A stretch of 64,000 bases of DNA from Octopus vulgaris (GCA_951406725.2 OX597831.1:31868001-31932000), one strand, 5' to 3'. Counted from the stretch's first letter, positions 11,650-25,252 are shown. The notes: generated by a model not told the origin, from the letters alone. Numbers and translations are program-made.

Positions 11650-12344
11650 CACATACATACAAACAAACTATGTGGTATATACACGTCCACACCATACAAA
11701 GTATACTCACAAACATATAATAAATGTGATACATAAAATTTTACAGCCACAAATAAAAAGAACACACGCACAAACATCTTCATACATCTACACACCAATA
11801 TACACCACTTCTACATACATATGCCATGCACAGAATGTAGTGCTCCAGTAGGACCATTATCATGAATGCCAAAACAAGGTAAAGAAAGGAAAACACACCC
11901 ACACGACATATACACAAATCTGCTTCAACTATCCATACATAAATGAAACAATAGTACCAGGTTCAGTCCCACTGCATGGTACCTTTGGCAAGTGTCTTTT
12001 ACTAAAGCCTTGTGAGTGAATTTGGTACACAGAAACTGAAAGAAGCCTCTCTCTCTCTCTCTTTGTGTCCTCCTCCCCCCCATTATTGTTTAACATTATT
12101 GTTGTTGGTGTGTTTACATCCCCATAACTTATCAGTTTGACAAAAAAGACTGCTAGAATAAGTACCAGGTTTTAAAATAAGATAAGCAATGGGATCAGTA
12201 GGCTTGAATAAAAATTCTTTGAGGCGGTGCCCCAGCATGGCTACAGACTGAAGCAAGTAAAAGACACACACGCACACAAAGACAAATCACACAAGATCAC
12301 TAAACATACATCAATAATTACATACATAAATTATTGATGTATGT

Positions 12345-12985
12345 TGTCACACCCTAGCAGTAGAGAGAACCCGTGGAAGAGGTAGACCCAGGAAGACCTG
12401 GGATGAGGTGGTAAAGCATGACCTTTGAATGTTTTGGGCCTCACGAAAGTGATGACAAGTGACTGAGAACTTTGGAGATATACTGTGCTTGAGAAAACCC
12501 GGCAAGCTAAGTGAGACCATAACCTTGGCCTATGTCAATGCAGCATAACCGGCCCATTTAAGAGTACCCTTCAATCATTGGGTAACAAACTCCGCTTGCG
12601 AAGACCTGTTGCGTCAAATGAAGTCATTGTTATGCCCGATGCTAGTACCGCCTGACTGGCACCCATGCCGGTGACATGTAAAAAGTACCATTTGAACGTG
12701 GTCATTGCCAGTGCTACCTGACTGGCTCCCATGCCAGTGGCATGTAAAAAGGGCCATTCAAGCGTGGTCGATGCCAGAATCGCCAGACTGTCCCTTGTGC
12801 CAGAGGCACATAAAAAGCACCCACTACACTCTTGGAGTGGTTGGTGATAGGAAGGACGTCCAGCTGTAGAAACTTTGCCAGATCAGATTGGAACTTGGTA
12901 CTGCCTTCTGGCGTGCCAGTTCTCAGTCAAACTGTCCAACCCATGCCAGCAGGGAAAGTGGACGTTAAATGACAATGATGATGAT
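12345..12985 (+). mobile_element. 5'-truncated RTE (ORF end plus 3' UTR with tandem ~60-bp subrepeats)
   Basis: ggtagacccaggaagacctgggatgaggtgg matches 7267-7297. Ends ggacgttaaatgac..gatgat. Confidence 0.85.
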
Positions 12986-13605
12986 AAAGTACATAAACAC
13001 CATTTCCACCTATGTACATTTACATACAAGAGCACAATGGACAATACTGAGTACAATGTACAATATTTATTTCTTTATTGCCCACAGGGGCCTAAACATA
13101 GAGGGGACAAACAAGGACAGACAAAGAGATTAAGTCAATTACATTGACCCCAGTGTGTAACTTGTATTTATTTAATCGACCCCAAAAGGATGAAAGGCAA
13201 AGTCAACCTCAGTGGAATTTGAACTCAGAATGTAGTGGCTGACGAAATATTACTAAGTATTTCACCCAGTGTGCTAACGATTCTGCCAGCTCACCACCCT
13301 ATGATGTACAATATTGCATAGGTAAGAAGGGATTTTGAGGACACCTCCCCACTTACATAAACCCCTACCCTATCAAATCACTGCCACCACACATTCATTT
13401 ACCTTCCTACCAACCCTTCACTAATGCAAACCAATAAGGGGACCTCTTCATGGTTGTTCAAATAGCTAGAAATAGCATCCAGAGCACAATTAAAAAGGGC
13501 ATTGGATATGTGGTTCTGAGTTCTGAGTACATAGGAGAAAGATGGGATGGTCATGAATGGAATGTCCTTAATCATAGGTTTGCTCAATTGGGGCTTCTCT
13601 GGGGG

Positions 13606-13637
<32 letters not shown>

Positions 13638-14792
13638 CAAATGGATGAGATGGCAGACAAGGAAGGGTGAGAAAGTTTTATATGGTTGCTCAACCTGCAA
13701 GAAATAGCAGTCAAATCTCCCATGAATCATACCTTGCTGTCTTGAAAAAAAAAAGGAAGGACACATTGTATACTGTAAGACCTAGAGATGACTTGGTTGG
13801 AACATCTTTTGATCATAAGTCTTCTCAGTTAAGGATGACCCTGGGCTAAACAACATCTCCCAAACCACCATGAAGCCTACCTCTTCATGTTTTTATCACC
13901 CTTCCATCTAGAAGTTAGGATAAGAATAAGAAGCAGAAGGAGAAATTGAGAGAGAGAGAGAGAAGGAATAGTGAAGAAGAGAGAGTGGGACAAAGAATGA
14001 AATACCATAATAATTTTGTTTTGAAGAAATATAGATGTGTTGGGATGGTGGAGAGTATAGGGTCCTGGTGGGATGCATTTATCTGGACCCCAACCACATG
14101 CATTTCCTCCTGTCTGAAAGGAGTGAGGTGAGAGGGTAGTGGGATGGAGGTTTACACCCTACTGATTTCCTTCCACACCTTGCCATGTCATGCATGGACA
14201 GCGATGGAGTGGAACTTGGCTTCTTCAGTCTCTCATTCAAGATAAGTCACCCTGTTGTGAAGCAGAATTATAACCTCCCATCAAACCACCACACACATCC
14301 CCACCCACCCTGCCACCGCCACACATATCTCCACCAGAAAATATCAACCCTCCCTCCCCCCTACCATAACAAGAAACAAAAAATGAATAATGGTGAAAGC
14401 TTTTCCATCTTTCCCCCTTTTTTCATTTATTTTCTTCAGAGCTGTTTCTGTCTTCTTAGACAAGACAAATCACACCACTTTGTCTTATCTATACATTGGT
14501 TGCCAACAGGTTCCACCTCCTTAAGCCATAGTTAAGTGGTTAAGTAACTACTAAAGGCAGGCAGGCTGGCTCAGGAGTTCAAACCCTGTAATAGCCATTT
14601 CATTATGATCCACTTTATTCTTAGATAAAATACACCATTCTACTTGACTTACTTTTAGAACAATTATTAACCCAGGAATTCCCAATGCCACACCCCAAAC
14701 ATTCAGCTTCGTTGTCAGATACTCCACCACACACACCTCCCCCACCATTGTATAATTTTACTCTAGAATGGTGATGTTGTCACTGAACATGA

Positions 14793-14970
14793 TATGAGGG
14801 GTGCTCAACAGTTACTGGCTTTGGGTAAAAGAAAATATAGGAGAATCAGTTAATTATGATTTTATTCAACATATTCCCCTCTCAAATTCACACACTTAAT
14901 TCATCAGTCCTTCAGTTTTTCTAAGCCCTATGGGCCACCAACCAGGCCTTTTGCAATACCCTTAAAGCCA
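14793..14970. mobile_element. Mariner-type terminal fragment
   Basis: TA + tgaggggtgctcaacagtt.. and ttattcaacatattcccctctcaaattcacacactt resemble a mariner right end (encodes GEYVE* on the minus strand). Confidence 0.5.
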
Positions 14971-15892
14971 GTACTCACTTGTAGAAGTCAAAATACTCCA
15001 TGTGGTGGCACAGTCCTGACTTTGGGTACATCTTAGAATACAGTAAACAATGGATAGTTCTTAGAATAACAGAAATTATTTAGGAAAAGCAGATTTTGTC
15101 CAACACTTTTTCTTTAGACTTCATACAAAAAAAAATTTTTCTTTTTAGTGTGACTTTTATTGAACCTGTATATTATAGGAACTTTGTTGAACCCAGTATA
15201 TTACTGGGGGTCTTCTTTTATTGATCCCGAATAGGCTAAAGGTAAAGACGACTGATATAAATTGAATCGTAAAATATTAGAAGCTTGCACTAAGTTATTG
15301 TGGTTTCAGCCTTTTATCAGCCTTCATCCAGCAGATCCTATAATCAAAGACATTCCAACCATGGCCATACCCTATGAACATTACATCATCATCATTTAAC
15401 ATCCATTGTCCATGCTGGCATAGGTTTGACGATTTGACCAGGGCTGGTAAGCTGAGGGGCTGCACCAGACCCCAGTCTGATTTGGCATGGTTTCTATCCC
15501 TAACACCAATGTTTCCCATGAAATATTGTTCTTTTTGTTTTAAGACAGTAGAGTGTGATGTGAAGGACATTTGACTGTTATTCTGAGCACTTCAACTAAC
15601 CAATGGTGGTTCTCACTCTGGAGATATGGTTTTTCTGACTCTGCTTTCTCTACCATTTTATTAAACATTACCAAAATCAGAGTGTATACACAGCTTCATT
15701 CTACATCAGTGTGTTTGCTGACAACTCCATATATAATACACTTGCATGTAATCTTTCTTTATTCTTGTCTGCCTTGCTTTTTCTCTTCCATGAGTAGACA
15801 CGTGCGAGCATAAATCTATCTTGAGAAACACTTCATAGCAATAATAATAACATTGCTATTAATTAATGAGCAACAGCTTAGATGGAAGAGAG

Positions 15893-15957
<65 letters not shown>

Positions 15958-16044
15958 ACTTTGTAATTTAGAAATTATTATCAGCAGTTAATGAAATTGG
16001 AGTGCAAAATTAGGTATTTTTTTTTTACATGATGCATCTGTCTG

Positions 16045-16154
16045 GAAGAGAAGACACTTGTCTATGATTCTACAAAATAATGGGAATGGTTAAGAAGTTT
16101 ACTTCTTAACTATTCCCATTATTTTATAGAATCATAGACAAGTGCCTTCTCTTC
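16045..16154. repeat. Near-perfect palindrome (54-bp arms, 2-nt spacer)
   Basis: 16045-16098 is the reverse complement of 16101-16154 with 3 transition mismatches. Confidence 0.92.
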
Positions 16155-16210
16155 TGACCTAGAGCTGACCAAAGATTTGTGAGTGAATTTGGTAGACAGA
16201 AACTGAAAGA

Positions 16211-16440
16211 AGGTGGCGAATTGGCAGAAACGTTAGCAGGCTGGTTGAAATGCTTAGCAGTATTTTGTCTGTCTTTACATTCTGAATTCAAATTCCGCTG
16301 AGGTCGACTTTGCCTTTCATCCTTTCAGGGTCGATAAATTAAGTACCAGTTACGCACTAGGGTTGATGTAATCAACTTAATCCCTTTGTCTATCCTTGTT
16401 TATCCCCTCTATGTTTAGCCCCTTGTGGGCAAGAAAGAAA
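16211..16440 (+). mobile_element. SINE with Meta-domain-like core (many copies in window)
   Basis: Consensus ggcagaaacgttagc..gttctgagttcaaattccgc..gtcgactttgcctttcatcctttc.gggtcgataaattaagtaccag. Other copies lie near 13070, 23450, 24280, 28320, 30010, 32400, 33795, 35980, 36800, 42528, 48425, 48800 and 63860. Confidence 0.8.
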
Positions 16441-16475
16441 TAAGAAACTGAAAGAAGCTTAGAATAATGTCTTTT

Positions 16476-16511
<36 letters not shown>

Positions 16512-17333
16512 ACATGTGCATGTACATCTGTGTTTACATTTGCTCTCAACTAGCAGTGTTGTTGTTGTTGCCACTTCTGCTATAAACAAATCATCCACAT
16601 GCTTTGTGCCTTTGAAAACTTGAAAAGTAAGAGACCCTTAACCTGAAGAACAGGGCAAGAGTTAGCAATACAAAGGGCTTCACACTGTAAAACAACATCT
16701 CCGTAATATATTCAACTAAGCCATGCTAGCATAGAAGAAAAAATAAAATGGATGTAAAAGTGAACAAATATATCATTACGATTTTCCGTGCTGGCATGAA
16801 TTGAAAGTGTCAGTTCTAATACAGCACCTCATCATTTGCTGAGGCCTGTTGTAATCTGATCCACACTGTAACAGAAAATTGCCGATCTTTGTTGTGATGG
16901 ATGTCAAGGTATCTGTTGTGACTTTTATGACTGAATGGTCTTCCTTTCATAAATCATGGGCTGGGTGTATTCTATTGCCTATATATCTGTATAGATATCA
17001 TCATCATCTAACGTCAATTGTCAATGCTGGCATGGTTGGACAGTTTGACCTGGTCTGGCATGCTGGAAGGTTGCACTAAACTCCAGTCTGATTTGGCATG
17101 GTTTTCTATGACAGGATACCCTTCCTAATGCCAACCACTCTGAGAGTGTAATGCGTGTCTTTACATGCCACCGGCATGGATGTCATTTGTGTGACACCAA
17201 TATCTGCCATGACTGATTTTACTTGGCTTGATGGGTCTTCTTCTCAAGCATAACATAATGCAAAGGTCTTGGTGAGGCCCAACACTTGAAAGGAGCTTTT
17301 CACATGCCACTGATATATACATATATGTGTGTA

Positions 17334-17387
<54 letters not shown>

Positions 17388-17440
17388 GATAGATAGATAG
17401 ATAGATATACATACATATGTGTGTGTGTGTGTGTGTAGCA

Positions 17441-17765
17441 GTGAAGGCAGATGGTTTAGTGGTTAGGAAATTCAGCTCAATATCGTAGGTTATGAGTTCA
17501 GTTCCTAGCGACGTGTGGTGTCCTTGAGCAAGACACTTTATTTCATATTTTCCCAGTCCACTCAGCTGTTAAAAATGAGTAGTACCTGTATTTCAAAGGG
17601 CCAGCCTTGTCACACTCTGTGTCAAGCTGAATCTTCCTGAGAAACTACATTAAAGGTACGCGTGTCTGTGGAATGCTCAGCCACTTGCACATTAATTTCA
17701 TAAGCAAGCTGTTCCATTGATTATATCAGCTGGGACCCTCGTCGTTGTAACCGATGGAGTGCTCC
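17441..17765 (+). mobile_element. tRNA-derived SINE
   Basis: A-box-like tggtttagtgg, B-box-like gagttcagttcc, and tail gtcgttgtaaccgatggagtgc as in 50120-50500. Confidence 0.8.
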
Positions 17766-18162
17766 TTTTATTTTTTTTATATATGTAGTACTGAAGGACG
17801 ACCTCAGGATGTTGAACCTTTTTTGGCAAAATGACAAAGGACTGAGATATCTAGCACTTCGCTGTACTCCCCAAGAAAACCTGTGCATCACAGTAGAAGT
17901 GTTAAGGCTGGTTCCTCTGGGAGGAGGATTGGCCTGTAAGAATCCTGTGCCAGTGCTACATAAAAGACAAAGGTACCAGTACCATATAAAAGCATTTGTG
18001 TTGGTACCGCATTAAAGCACCCAGCACACTCTGTAAAGTGGTTGGTGTTAGGAAGGATATCCAGCCATAGAAACCATGCCAAATCAGATGGGAGTCTGGT
18101 GCAGCTCTGGTCAAACTGTTCAACTCATGCCAACAAGGACAACAGATGTTAAATGATGATGA

Positions 18163-18205
<43 letters not shown>

Positions 18206-19325
18206 GATATAATATATACACACATGCATACATGTGTGTGTGTGTGTGCTAGAGACAAAGAAGGGAGATAGGGAGGACAAAGAGATTTAGCTGAGAAATT
18301 CTTAACCAAGCCTAAAAAAAGAACAAGACAAACACAACAAGGATATAATATGATGGATCATATTTTGTAAGAAATAATAGCTGCATAGGTAAAAAAGCTT
18401 GCTTTGCAATGATCTGGTTCCAGGTTCAGTCTCACTGCCTGACACCTTGGGAAAGTGTCTTCTACTGTAACACCAAGCAGACCAAAGGATTGTAAGTGGA
18501 TTTCGTTGAGAGAAACTAAAAAAGTTTGTTGTGTGTGTGTGTGTGTGTGAGTGAGTGAGTGTGTGTTCTTGACTTGATGCTGTGTCGTTCATTTCTAATA
18601 TTCTGTGACAAATGTGTCTAACCATGGGAAAATATTTCCTTACTTGGAAACAGATGAGGGTTGGGTGATAGGAAGGAGATTTTGCTTAAAAATATTTGCC
18701 CTGGAGGAACTGCCTGCCTGTGAGCAATGTCAGGATGGAAAAGTGGATGTGATGATGATGATGATGATGGTGGTGGTGATGAATAGTATTAGAGAAAGAA
18801 GAGAAAATGCTAAGTAGAGTGGGAGAGGTTTCTTTAAGTAAGAAATTAATTATATAACACGAATAATCATTCATTAAAGTTGCTGAGAAAAGCGAGCAGA
18901 TCAAGGTACTTAGCTATAAGTAAAAGTTATATTTTCATGTTCTACTGGCAATGAAAAACAGAGTCCAAATGACTAAGAGACAGGGCGAGGAAAGAGAAAT
19001 ACACATACTTTAAATTTGCTGCCTGTGGGAAGAATTTCTTGAGTACAAGTTCTTAGAACCATAAGCAATTCGATAAAGAAACCACGTAAAACGGTACATC
19101 ACATGTAAGATATAGTCCCCTGACTCATGTCTTGGAGAGTAGGAATTCCAAGTGGGAGCCAGCCTAGATATTCACAGCCTTCCAACTCATGGCAGTTTTG
19201 ATAGTAGATGCAAAACTATGATGAGATAAGGTGTGTGTGAGCCTGTGTGTGTATGTACATATGTATTGTATATAATTTTGTATGTGGATATATTTTACAT
19301 TTATATTTATAAATTTTATGTGCAT

Positions 19326-20125
19326 ATCATCATCACCGTTTAACATCCATTTTCCATGCTGGCATGGGTTGGACAGTTTGACTGAGGTCTGGAGAGCCAG
19401 CGGCTGCACCAGGCTCCAATCTGATCTGGCAATGTCTCTACAGCTGGATGCCCTTCCTAACACCAACCTCCGGAGAGGCCGCGCGCGACTCGCTGCGTCG
19501 TTCGTGCTAAGGGCGAGGTGCGTTTGCCCGTCTCCGTCGGTTAGCCATGCCTGCGCTTTACGTGGAGCGACGGGCCCGGTCGAGAGGAGCGCGTGGATCC
19601 CACCGACCGCCGCATGCGCGGCAGCGATGGGGCTCTCGTCTGCGACCTGCGGATGCCGCGCGCCTGCCGGCCCGACGGGAATCGGGTCGCGACGACGGAT
19701 CGGAGAGGAAGTGCGTCCGATGCCGGCGCCCCGGAAATCGAACGCCGACGAGGCGGCAGACGACCGCCCGCGGAACGAGCGGCCGCCACCGGCGCGTTCG
19801 TCAATGACGACGGCGCCTCGGCGGGAAGCAACGGACTGAGTCCCCTCGCGATCGTGGTGAGCGGTCCTACTCGTTTACCCCTGGGCGGTTTCTGAGAGTG
19901 TAGTGGGCGCTTACATGCCACCGGCACAGGAGCCAGTCAGGCGGTCCTGGCATTGATCATGTTCAGATAATGCTTTTTACATGCCACCGGCATGGGAGCC
20001 AGTCGAGGGATACTAGCATTGGGTACATTCGGATGGTGCTTTTAATGTGCCACCAGCACGGGAGCAAGTCAGCAGGTACTGGCATCAGCCACATTCAGAT
20101 GGTGCTTTTTACGTGCCACCGGCAT
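19326..20125 (-). mobile_element. RTE 3' UTR copy split by a GC-rich insert
   Basis: The catcatcaccgtttaacatcc tail is at the left. Homology to the RTE UTR stops at 19468 and resumes at 19891. Confidence 0.85.
19469..19890. other. GC/CpG-rich insert of unknown origin (possibly rDNA spacer-derived)
   Basis: Sharp compositional jump (roughly 70% GC by eye, CpG not depleted) relative to AT-rich flanks. It interrupts a recognisable repeat. Confidence 0.8.
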
Positions 20126-21005
20126 GTATATATTTGTATAGGTGCAGGCATGGATGTGTGGTAAGAAGCTTGCTTCCCAACCACATGGTTCAGGGTTCAG
20201 TCCACTGCATGGCAACTTGGGCAAGTGTCTTATACTATAGCCTCAGTCTGACCAAAGCCTTGTCAGTAGATGGAAACTAAAAAATGCCTGCTGTGTGTAT
20301 GTGTGTGTGTGTGAGTGTGTGTGTCTTTGTTCACCACCATTGCTTGACAACCAGTGTTGGTGTGTTTATGTCCCCATAACTGGCAAAAGAGACTAATAGA
20401 ATAAGTACCAGTCTTTTAAAAAAATAAGTCCTGGAGTCAATTTATTTAACTAAAAGAAAAATCTTCGAGGCAGTACTCCAGCATGGGAGCAGTCTAATGA
20501 CCAGAACAAGCAAAACGTAAACGATAAATTTTGTGCATGTGCAGCTGTTTGGTAAGCAGCTTGCTTCCCAACCTCATGGTTCTGGGTTCAGTCCCACTGC
20601 ATGACACCTTGGGCTAGGGTCTTCTACTGTAGCCTCAGGCTGACCAAAGCATTGTGAGTGGGTTTGGTAGATGGAAACTGAAAGAAGCCTGTTGTATATA
20701 TGTACCTGTGTGTATATGTCTTTGTGTCTGTGCTGCCCCCACTGCCTCCGCTTGACAACCGGTGTTGGTGTGTTCACATCCCTGTAACTTAGCAGACCAG
20801 CAAAAGCAATCGGTAGAATATGTATCAGGCTTAAAAAAAAAGTACTGGAGTCTGGTGCAGCTCTGGTCAAACTGTCCAACCCATGCCAACAGTGATCACA
20901 GATGTAAATGATGATGATGATATGCATATCTATGCACACACATACACACATATCATCATTGCCGTCATTTAACGTCCCCTTTCCATGCTGGCATGGATTG
21001 AACTT

Positions 21006-21037
<32 letters not shown>

Positions 21038-22014
21038 GAGTTAATCCCCCCAACCTACAAAAAACCGAAGAAAACACACAAGGAAAAAAACAATAATGCA
21101 AGGACATGGTACATGCAAAGTATTAGCAGATGCTCAGGGAAGGAAAGAAAGGTAGTTTTATATTTCTAGCAAAGCTTTTCTTCAGAAAGAGGAGATGGAG
21201 GAAAGACCAAGAGAAAAGGAAGACGGTGGAAAAAAATCGCTAACAATCCACATGTAGCTACATTTTGAAATTATACTTATATACACACACATATATAAAA
21301 TATATACACACATACCCACATACATGTGTGTGTGTAAGTGTGTGTGTGAGTGTGCGTTAGAGATAAGGAAGAGAGAGGGGGAAGGACAAAGAGATTTCCT
21401 GGAAACCTGTAGATTTAGCTGAGAAATTCTTAACCAAGCCTAAAAAAGAACAAGACAAACACAACAAGGATATAATATGATGGATCATATTTTGTAAGAA
21501 ATAATGGCTGCATAGGTAAAAAAGCTTGCTTTGCAATGATCTGGTTCCAGGTTCAATCTCACTGATACATCAACTAAAAATTCTTCAGTGTGGTGCCCCA
21601 GCATGGCTGCAGTTTAAGGAATGAAACAAGTAAAAGACAAAAGATATACACACACACACACACAAACAAGCATATGAAAATGTAAAAATGTAGAAGATCA
21701 GAAAGAATACATTGTAGTATTTAGTCATGTCTATGTTTTGAGTTCAAAACCTGCAACGGTAAACTTCACTGCTTATTTAACTGTCACCATTAAAATTAAA
21801 ACACCAGTCAAGTAATAATCAAGGTTCATAGGGTTTGATTTGAAGGAGATTTGACTGCCAATTCTAGCAGGTTGAACAACTATGTTCCTGAAGCTGGGCT
21901 GTACATTACTTCAGAATGGGGCATAAGTAATAAGTGAACAAAACTTACATTAAAGTTTTAATTTAAACTTCTTTTATACATACATATATATATATGTGTT
22001 TTTGTATGTATGTG

Positions 22015-22046
<32 letters not shown>

Positions 22047-22049
22047 CTG

Positions 22050-22443
22050 TTTTACTCTTTTACTTGTTTCAGTCATTTGACTGTGGCCATGCCGGAGCAC
22101 CGCCTGTACTCAAACAAATCAACCCCAAGACTTATTCTTTGTAAGCTTAGTACTTATTCTATCGGTCTGTTTTGGCGAACCGCTAAGTTAAGGGGATGAG
22201 AAACACACCAGCATCGGTTGTCAAGCGATGTTGGGGGACGAACACAGACACACAAACATATACACACACATACATATATACGACGGGCTTATTTCAGTTT
22301 CTGTCTACCAAATCCACTCACAAGCCTTTGGTTGGATTTGAGGCCAAGTAGAAGACACTTGCCCAAGGTGTCATGCAGTGGGACTGAACCCAGAACCATG
22401 CAGTTGGTAAGCAAGCTACTTACCACACAGCCACTCCTGCGCT
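22050..22443 (-). mobile_element. Full-length tRNA-derived SINE with internal (TA/TG)n tract (many copies)
   Basis: Head gcgcaggagtggctgtgtggtaag..gggttcagtcccactgc and tail gaaacaagtaaaagagtaaaa. Related copies lie near 3360, 9225, 11955, 20141, 20540, 33085, 40200, 51764, 58065 and 60330. Confidence 0.85.
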
Positions 22444-23383
22444 ATATATATATATATACACACACACACTTTTTACATATTAACTGAAAAGGGTTGAGAA
22501 ACACTAATGTCAAGTTCCCCATTTGTTCAACCAAAGAAATTGCAAAACTGAGGACGAACTAGGCACAGTTCTCTTCATTAGTAAACTCTCAGCTGGAAGT
22601 GTTTATTCAACTTCCAAGTTTTGGTTAGTGAAGCCAACGATGGCTTAACTATCCAAAACTTCGAAGTCACAGTCAATAAATTTATACTCTAAAAAAGTAT
22701 AGAGTAACTCCTCAGATTAACGTAAAAAATTTTTTTATTATAACTGAACGTAAAAAACAAATAAACAGACATTATATATACTCCTATACATACACACATT
22801 TGGTATAATTAGATCTAAGCAAGGTCATACACAGCTACTGGTGTGCATGTAAATATATATACACAAGTCTCTGTGTGTGTGGATAAATGACATGGTCAGA
22901 TGCCTCAACAACTAAGCCAGTTCTGCTCACAATTGCCATTTCCAAGTTCCCAGCTGCTAATGGTAATCCATGGTATAGAAACACTGACAAGGCACTAAAT
23001 ACCTTCCACTATATGGTGTATGATTTATTTTCATTACAGTTTGAGCTTCATGTTTTGTTCATTTAGATGTAGACTATTTACAAGAGTGTGTGTGTGTGTG
23101 TACATGCAGATGTATATATTCATATGTTCACACATACGCACTGATATGAACTTACTTGTCAGTACCTTTAACATGTGTTTAGATTCTTGGAGGATTATTT
23201 TTCTTTTTCCTTAAGAGTTTGGTGATTTATAGAATTTGTCCCCTTTCCACTGAAAGGAAATTCTATCCTTTCCAGAAGTTTTCCCCAAAACTTGGTCAAT
23301 GTAGTCATGCAGTTTCTCATTTAATCCCATTTCCTCTTTAGAATCTTATTACAAACTTTTGTTACCAATCATTATTATTATTA

Positions 23384-23426
<43 letters not shown>

Positions 23427-23655
23427 CATTATCATCATCATCATCATTATTATTTTGCCAGAACTGTTAGAATGTTGGACAAAATACCTTGTGGTATTTA
23501 GTTACAGCTTTTACATTCTGAGTTCAAATCTCATAAAACACAACTTTGCTTACCCCATCCCCTTTTGAGGAGTTGATAAAAAAATTTACCAGTCAAGTGA
23601 GTGTGGTGGGTAGTTGTATATTTTGTACCAATGGGAGAAATCTTTATTATTATTA

Positions 23656-23701
<46 letters not shown>

Positions 23702-24279
23702 GCTTAGTGGCATTTCATCCGTCCTTATGTTCTGAGTTCAAATTCCACTGAAGTTGACTTTGCCTTTCATCCTTCTGGGGATCGATAAAAAGAGTACCAG
23801 TTGAACACTGGAGTTGGTGTAATTGACTTGCCCCTTCCACCAAAATTTCAAAATTGTATTTGTACAAGTTGACGCCAAGTCTCACCCAGAGACCTCAAGA
23901 GACAACAACTTATAAGTTCAAGTTGGTGTTATGACTAGGTGCATATATATGGCTTGGCACAAAGTATTGTTGTATTATTATTTCTAGCAGGAGCACCTGG
24001 CGTTGCTCAGGTATTACATACTCAGCAATGGTCTTAATAGGTTCTACCATATTTTTCGTTGTACATCTCCTTGAATTCTTTTTTTTTTTTGCATTAAGTT
24101 GCAAACATTGGCATTGAGGAAGAAGTGATTTTTCCCAAGTGGCATTTATTAGTTGAACAATCAAACGCCGGAGGAGGTGCTCGAAGTTCGGATAATGGTG
24201 GTGGAGGGAAATGTTTACAAATGTTTACAGGCATTTTATCCTATTAGATTGATGTTGAAAGGATATTCTTTTCTCCTCC

Positions 24280-24662
24280 AGGCACAAGGCCCGAAATTTT
24301 GGGGGATGGAGCCAGTTAATTAGATCGACGCCAATACGCAACTGGTACTTAATTTATCTACCCCAAAAGGATGAAAGGCAAAGTTGACCTCGGCGGAATT
24401 TGAACTCAGAATGTAAAGACAGACAAAATACCTATTTCTTTACTACCCACAAGGGGCTAAACACAGAGGGGACGAACAAGGACAGACAAACGGATTAAGT
24501 CGATTATATCGACTCCAGTGCGTAACTGGTACTTATTTAATCGACCCCGAAAGGATTAAAGGCAAAGTCAACCTCGGTGGAATTTGAACTCAGAATGTAG
24601 CAGCAGACAAAATACCGCTAAGCATTTTGCTCGGCATGCTGATGTTTCTGCCAACTTGCTGC
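24280..24662 (-). mobile_element. Dimeric/nested Meta-like SINE
   Basis: Two consecutive copies of the aaaggatgaaaggcaaagt..gaatttgaactcagaa core with different tails. Confidence 0.75.
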
Positions 24663-25024
24663 TTTTGGTGTTGAAAGGATATTGTCTAATTATGGAGGGA
24701 TTGGTGTAAACAGCACGAACTAATTGCCATTAGTCATTTTCGCACATGAAGGAGTAAGTGAGAGTGGAAGGTTGACTTAGACCTAGCCTCTGCAAAAAGG
24801 TGAAGCTGTTGGAGGGGGAGGAGTGTCCGTGTTTTGCGGTTTTCTGTAGAACCCAGATGCACAGGGACAAAGAACAAATACTTTCCAGAAATGACACAAC
24901 TTAGACGTTCTTTTGCAATAAAAAGCAAAAAAATCAGGTGTTCTGTGAAACAGCTTTCTTGGGTGAAATTCTGCAAAAATGTGAAAAGATGATGTTTCAC
25001 AGTATTTCGTAGATCTGTTGCAAG

Positions 25025-25252
25025 TTAACCCTTTTGTTACCAACCCGGCTGAAACCGGCTCTGGTTCTGAGTACAAATGTCTTGTTTTCATAAGTTTTGA
25101 ACTAAAATTTTCCACCAAACCTTAGTCACAATTTATGTTCCTAACACTAGCTTAATGATAACTAAGTTATTTTGATAAATTCTTTGTTATATTTAAAGTA
25201 ATTGAAAGAAACACAGATCATCTCAAAATAAATACAGTAACAAAAGGGTTAA
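25025..25252. mobile_element. piggyBac-type MITE (TTAA-CCCTT...AAGGG-TTAA)
   Basis: TTAA on both sides and TIR cccttttgttac / gtaacaaaaggg. Homologous copies at 29365 and 47784. Confidence 0.85.

Noticed and set aside
19100-19160. TGACTCA (AP-1-like) and GGAATTCC motifs close together
   Set aside because: Short motifs expected by chance in 64 kb, with no independent support.
19282-19927. Overlapping Arg/Ala/Pro-rich ORFs up to 185 aa
   Set aside because: Open in several frames only because the GC-rich insert is stop-poor. They start in repeat sequence and show no domain.
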